Source: a virus
Taxonomy: Duplodnaviria > Caudoviricetes
IMG/VR virus record: IMGVR_UViG_3300046490_000018
Location: 1-24,829 of that record
Strand: one strand, 5' to 3'
Length of the DNA stretch: 24,829 nucleotides
The translations under genes and the position numbers were made by a program. How positions within the stretch are numbered: the first letter of the stretch is position 1; each line of letters opens with the position of its first letter. The notes beneath the pieces were generated by a model. It saw nothing but the letters and a program-made list of their open reading frames with translations, made no database searches and was not told the origin of the DNA. Below, piece by piece: positions 24,664 to 24,829 of this stretch.

Positions 24664-24829
24664 ATGGCCTACCAGACTGGGACCGCGAGTTCCCCGACCA
24701 ACCTGCTCTCGACGCTGATGACGTGGCTCGCTGGGCGCGGATGGACCGTTGACGCGAGCGCCACCGAGGATGACGGCTGGCGGGCGCACGCCCACAAGAA
24801 CGGCCTCTACGTCAACCTGCGCGCAGCGA
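24664..24829 (+). CDS. Virion structural protein (3' truncated by window edge)
   Basis: MAYQTGTASSPTNLLSTLMTWLAGRGWTV is paralogous to the N-terminus of the preceding gene. Frame is open to the window end. Confidence 0.75.
   Translation, partial: MAYQTGTASSPTNLLSTLMTWLAGRGWTVDASATEDDGWRAHAHKNGLYVNLRAA

Noticed and set aside
1-24829. CRISPR arrays, tRNA/rRNA, integrase/invertase, IS elements, stop-codon recoding
   Set aside because: None seen. Intergenic space is minimal and genes read intact in the standard code with all three stops used.

Overview
A gene-dense, GC-rich (about 65% by eye) segment of a lambda-like siphophage or prophage. Positions 1-8.3 kb are a translationally coupled early/middle operon: SSAP-like fragment, zinc-knuckle protein, spermidine-synthase-fold methyltransferase, Gp157, LexA-type HTH, replication initiator, a fold-type-II PLP enzyme resembling phage DNA-hypermodification enzymes, NinG-like HNH and a PD-(D/E)XK-like protein. 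Positions 8.3-24.8 kb are the morphogenesis module: terS, terL, portal, gpW-like, head spike, protease-capsid fusion, neck, tail tube, frameshifted chaperone, tape measure and tail-tip proteins. Three things stand out. (1) The essential gpW-like and portal genes lie intact on the minus strand inside an otherwise plus-strand late operon. They have a palindrome-rich divergent intergenic region, an orphan RBS-ATG after the portal, and a degenerate inverted repeat whose flip would restore lambda gene order. (2) By manual scan AGCT, CCWGG and many 6-bp palindromes are absent, indicating extreme restriction-site avoidance. (3) A PLP enzyme and a SAM-dependent transferase may form part of a DNA-modification pathway. 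All family calls come from motif recognition by eye, not database searches.
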